Source: Elsinoe ampelina (taxonomy: Eukaryota). Taken from it: a stretch of DNA of 38,115 nt. The number at the start of each line of letters is the position of its first letter. The first letter of the stretch is position 1. The translations under genes were made by a program, and so were the position numbers. The stretch spans positions 1 to 38,115 of the forward strand of contig ML992544.1 of NCBI GenBank assembly GCA_010093995.1, written 5' to 3'. Below are positions 35,601 through 38,115 of this stretch, one piece after another. Under the pieces are notes generated by a model. It had not been told where the DNA came from. It saw only the letters and a program-made list of their open reading frames with translations, and searched no databases.

Positions 35601-38098
35601 ATTTGCGCGCGGCCGACAACGTTGATGAGCTGCACAGCGCTCGACCGCGACGGAACTCGACTGGGTCCATTGCATTGAACAGGATGTCACGAACTACCTC
35701 GGCCACCTTGTCGACTGAGATCGTGGACGCTCAACTTGGGTCGAAACTCACCAGAGCGAGACTCATCAGCCACCATACCAATGACAGAGATTCTGGACCG
35801 ATCCGGAGGAAGTCGTTGCAACTGTTGAGCACTCATTCGTCTCGGCCTAACCTTCGACCTTCATTCCAGTTTGAGGTCGATAAGCTCGCGAAGCTGCCTA
35901 ACGATGAAGAAGACGATGGTGGCCTGGAGTCTACCTTGGCTAAACTTGAAGGGCGATCTCCACTGGCGTCTCCCACCTCCGGGTCGATGTCGATTACATC
36001 GCCCATAGCTCCACCTGCCTCACCGGAAGGACAGCAGCTAGCTCCGGCACCTTCTCCTGATCAGGTCCCAAGCCCTCCTGCGAAGCCCAAGCGCCGCAGC
36101 AGAGTTCAAGTGATCGGTCATCCTGATCATCCAGAGACTAGTCGTCTGAACCTCGACGACCAGCACAGCCCACTCACCGAGACCATGGGTGCAAGCATCT
36201 ACAACCCTTCGAGAACATCGAGAGGCACTCCAGAAGATCGTCTTCGCGACTCAGCCATGTCGGAAGATCCGTATCTGATCAATGGTGACCGAGCTATCTC
36301 CTCGAACGGTGGACGATGGTCACATATGGCTGCTCCCACCCCTCGACGGTCAAACTCGATCAGCAAGAGGAACTGGCCACTGGTCGGGTCGAAGGATTTC
36401 TCAAACGAGCAGCCACGGTCCTCTAATCGCGCGTCCTCAAACACTCCCAAGTCGTCCTTCTTACTGAATGACGACGAATCGCTTAGCTCAGGCGATGACG
36501 AGGAGGAACCTCACAACACCTCGCAAGCTTCCGGCCGTAAATCCCAAGGTGACCGCAGCTTCTTCATTGATGAAGACGGCGAGGAAGACGGAAGGGCTCG
36601 GACACCCACTTTTGGCGCCTTTGACCCGCCACTGAGCCCGCCACCGTCAACGCCTCTGCCAGCGATCCCCTTTGCGCCACCATTGTACGATCCAATTCCA
36701 GACAAGGCTGCTAAGCGACTGAGGACACCCGGACCAGATCCCTTCGAGCAGCAGCAGTCTCTCAAGGAAGCTGCATCATTCCCCTTCCCTCCGACATCAA
36801 AGTCGCCGATTCCAAATTTCAGCTTGAATCAGCCGCCGAAATCGGCCATGAAGTCGAAGCATATTCCTCTCAATTCTAGCCAGGCCAGCACGCAGATTGC
36901 AAGGTCACTTCATGCATCTCACACGCCGTTCGTGTTGGCTTTCCCATCTTCACTACTCGCTTCTCAACTCACGATCATTGAGCGAGACGCACTATCCGAG
37001 ATCGATTGGCAGGAGTTGGTGTCGCTGAAGTGGTCTGCGGTCCCGCCGATGGTACAGAATTGGGCGGAATATATGCGGCTCCCGTCCCAATCCGGAGTGG
37101 ACATTGTGATTGCCCGCTTCAACCTTGTCGTAAAGTGGGCTGTCAGTGAGATCCTGCTCACCAATGATGTCCACGATCGAGCCAGGACGATCAGCAAGTT
37201 CATCCACGTCGCTGCTCACTCTCGACGACTTCGAAACTTCGCCACCATGTACCAGCTGGCGGTTGCGCTTTGCTCCGAAAAGGTTGTTCGACTCAAGCGA
37301 ACTTGGATGCTTGTTAGCGCCGCCGAGAAGGAAGTGCTCAAAGCTTTGGAGGACTTTGTTCAACCCATGCGCAACTTTGCCCGTCTCCGTGGCGAGATGG
37401 AATCTGCGCTTCTTGCGCCCGCGCTGTCTCCCGAGGATGCCCTCACACCTCCCAGGTCCGAGAGTCGATCCAACAGCCGCGCCGGTCTGCGCACCGCACA
37501 CTCCCAAGCATCCTTCGACGCCAAGCCAGACATCGTAGTCAGAGCAGGCGCATGCATTCCTTTCATCGGCATCTACACCCACGACCTCGCCTTCAACGCC
37601 CAAAAGCCTGCCTTTGTCGACCCCGAACCCGCGACGCAGAACAGCAGCCAGAACTCCCTGCCTTCCGCCCGCGGTGCGTTCTCAGCCAACACCACACCCA
37701 AAATGGGTCTCACGAACAGTCTCTCTCCCTCCCCTGGTCCATTCGCGTCCGCGGATCCACCCTCAAAGGACCTCCAGTCCCAGAAGAAAGCCGACAAGGG
37801 CTCCACGCCACTCAACGGCACCGTTTCTGCGGACGAAGAGTCAATGGTCAATTTCGAGCGTTTCCAGACCAAAGCGGGGATAGTCAAGAACTTGCTGAGA
37901 TTGCTGGAGGCGAGCGCGAGGTATAGTGTGAGGCCGAATAAGGAGTTGGTCGCGAGGTGCTTGTGGTTGGCTGCTTTGGAGGAGGGGGAGTTGGAGCAGA
38001 GGGCCAAGGGGTTGGAGCCGGGGACTGCGGGATCGGGGGTGGGGAGGGTGGGGAGTGCGATGGGACGGACGGGGAGTGCGTTAGGGGTGGGGAGGTAG
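32654..38098 (+). CDS. lte1-like: Ras-family guanine nucleotide exchange factor, Lte1-like (REM and CDC25 domains separated by a long low-complexity linker)
   Basis: 1814-codon ORF, probably with an in-frame 57-nt intron at 32908-32964 (GTACGA..TAG). REM: ATPARLIAQIT..FLDYDLLSDFFLTYRSF..RHWILNYFMDDF. CDC25: LASQLTIIERDALSEIDWQEL, IARFNLVVKWAVSEILLT, RRLRNFATMYQ, RLKRTW, CIPFIGIYTHDL, MVNFERF. Confidence 0.88.
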   Translation: MYQSSPTKHEQSPRDKLARKPLPLRDQKDAGFESLRKSPGPQNAISPPRPQTARGPRRPSDAAMQNTERHFAVANVGDDGTIYLRYDQHEEGQDTYKQAFNDPRPIERAPSSFAAHPPAFGLPPSPPMSPSELEMDSPNYWHDGLHESAAAATSVSVPHHTGVPGVHDLRASSTGSSIRKDTGRRSSLTNPHYPTGPVPSALQQNPPARPSPRERTERNPAYDTNRLHPGMARRHSIDRPTPVDSPMILQVPIPSYRIGTPRIGDRGTVYLHSFYSEGSGTEDNRVSNFSHLELDDVFPAPPGMQTPTAFLNYNPSRALTAAPNPPEATQGIDPNIYNAFVFDSENPRYIRYMANGSILAATPARLIAQITHVKFLDYDLLSDFFLTYRSFLSSKDLLRYLIARLRWAVFCGGSGRIVRVRAFVATRHWILNYFMDDFEPDYDLRLLFCNLVNKLAADLFSRADKGGGDLQVIGELKKCWRRVCDVIWGTNDGGHPFPATHDISPGGPGGSMLIANGIEQQDHARRQQEVQEDFFNQPSFTQKHARIVSYDPMDMANMVTSPTSPWRARQDSMDVTSCSIPMWRRFGNASPSFRPRALMPVTEITRPMGDVAKLPSSAHRHKQSKGSKSSTETAIVISPPQEDPIIFHPRNEVGPFNSGDLIRGVLVPPPLPQVTKQVRVGKEIGFDSDVENSDRETKRTNMVGQVKRKLSSRNGTFGSSRDGSATSSPKRQDTGNKRAKMPSKTVLISRSDFLASRVAEAYEKLIREDQDENRSTPKPEHQLQLTNGLDHGEPGQHERQGSVVDIDKDLPPPPKKSDRLNSHMTTSSRSIMIINDIDSTPVPAMPTFDLHDKITPSDNRMWQRSPRRIHDAFDMQNGDLPLGFPQRDGALSPASGKSLQPSINTLRIGSASERVQYSASTSARSESPPQGLGLMLPGAPPGSPDGEFDTDVYRQSSTIEPFEAASDIGGAYPKQLRRRPGGDLRAADNVDELHSARPRRNSTGSIALNRMSRTTSATLSTEIVDAQLGSKLTRARLISHHTNDRDSGPIRRKSLQLLSTHSSRPNLRPSFQFEVDKLAKLPNDEEDDGGLESTLAKLEGRSPLASPTSGSMSITSPIAPPASPEGQQLAPAPSPDQVPSPPAKPKRRSRVQVIGHPDHPETSRLNLDDQHSPLTETMGASIYNPSRTSRGTPEDRLRDSAMSEDPYLINGDRAISSNGGRWSHMAAPTPRRSNSISKRNWPLVGSKDFSNEQPRSSNRASSNTPKSSFLLNDDESLSSGDDEEEPHNTSQASGRKSQGDRSFFIDEDGEEDGRARTPTFGAFDPPLSPPPSTPLPAIPFAPPLYDPIPDKAAKRLRTPGPDPFEQQQSLKEAASFPFPPTSKSPIPNFSLNQPPKSAMKSKHIPLNSSQASTQIARSLHASHTPFVLAFPSSLLASQLTIIERDALSEIDWQELVSLKWSAVPPMVQNWAEYMRLPSQSGVDIVIARFNLVVKWAVSEILLTNDVHDRARTISKFIHVAAHSRRLRNFATMYQLAVALCSEKVVRLKRTWMLVSAAEKEVLKALEDFVQPMRNFARLRGEMESALLAPALSPEDALTPPRSESRSNSRAGLRTAHSQASFDAKPDIVVRAGACIPFIGIYTHDLAFNAQKPAFVDPEPATQNSSQNSLPSARGAFSANTTPKMGLTNSLSPSPGPFASADPPSKDLQSQKKADKGSTPLNGTVSADEESMVNFERFQTKAGIVKNLLRLLEASARYSVRPNKELVARCLWLAALEEGELEQRAKGLEPGTAGSGVGRVGSAMGRTGSALGVGR

Positions 38099-38115
38099 AG
38101 GGGAGGTAGAGGGGA

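Overview
Eukaryotic DNA from a filamentous ascomycete (short 43-86 nt GT-AG introns with CTRAY branch points, RIP-mutated transposon; a Dothideomycete-like fungus is my inference). In order: possible 5' end of a minus-strand gene at the edge; a 4-TM membrane protein; a Fus3/Kss1(Pmk1)-type MAP kinase; two paralogous Zn-finger + APH/choline-kinase-like phosphotransferase genes (the first frameshifted) flanking a spliced 52-aa micro-ORF absent from the ORF track; a tRNA-Asn(GTT) gene; an FKBP PPIase fused to a multi-TM domain; a Csk1/Cak1-like kinase with a KIX-like N-terminus; hymA/Mo25; a 2.55-kb RIP-inactivated pogo/Fot1-type transposon; a PAS-containing hybrid histidine kinase; a Cir_N/LENG1-like protein; an FlbE-family protein; IST1; and an Lte1-like RasGEF. 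The most striking feature is the tRNA gene: it carries the normal 37/38 tRNA intron plus two inserts that look like spliceosomal introns (GT donor, CTRAY branch point, CAG acceptor), one in the D-stem and one in the variable loop. Removing all three gives a complete 74-nt cloverleaf. All gene models were spliced by hand and no database search was run.
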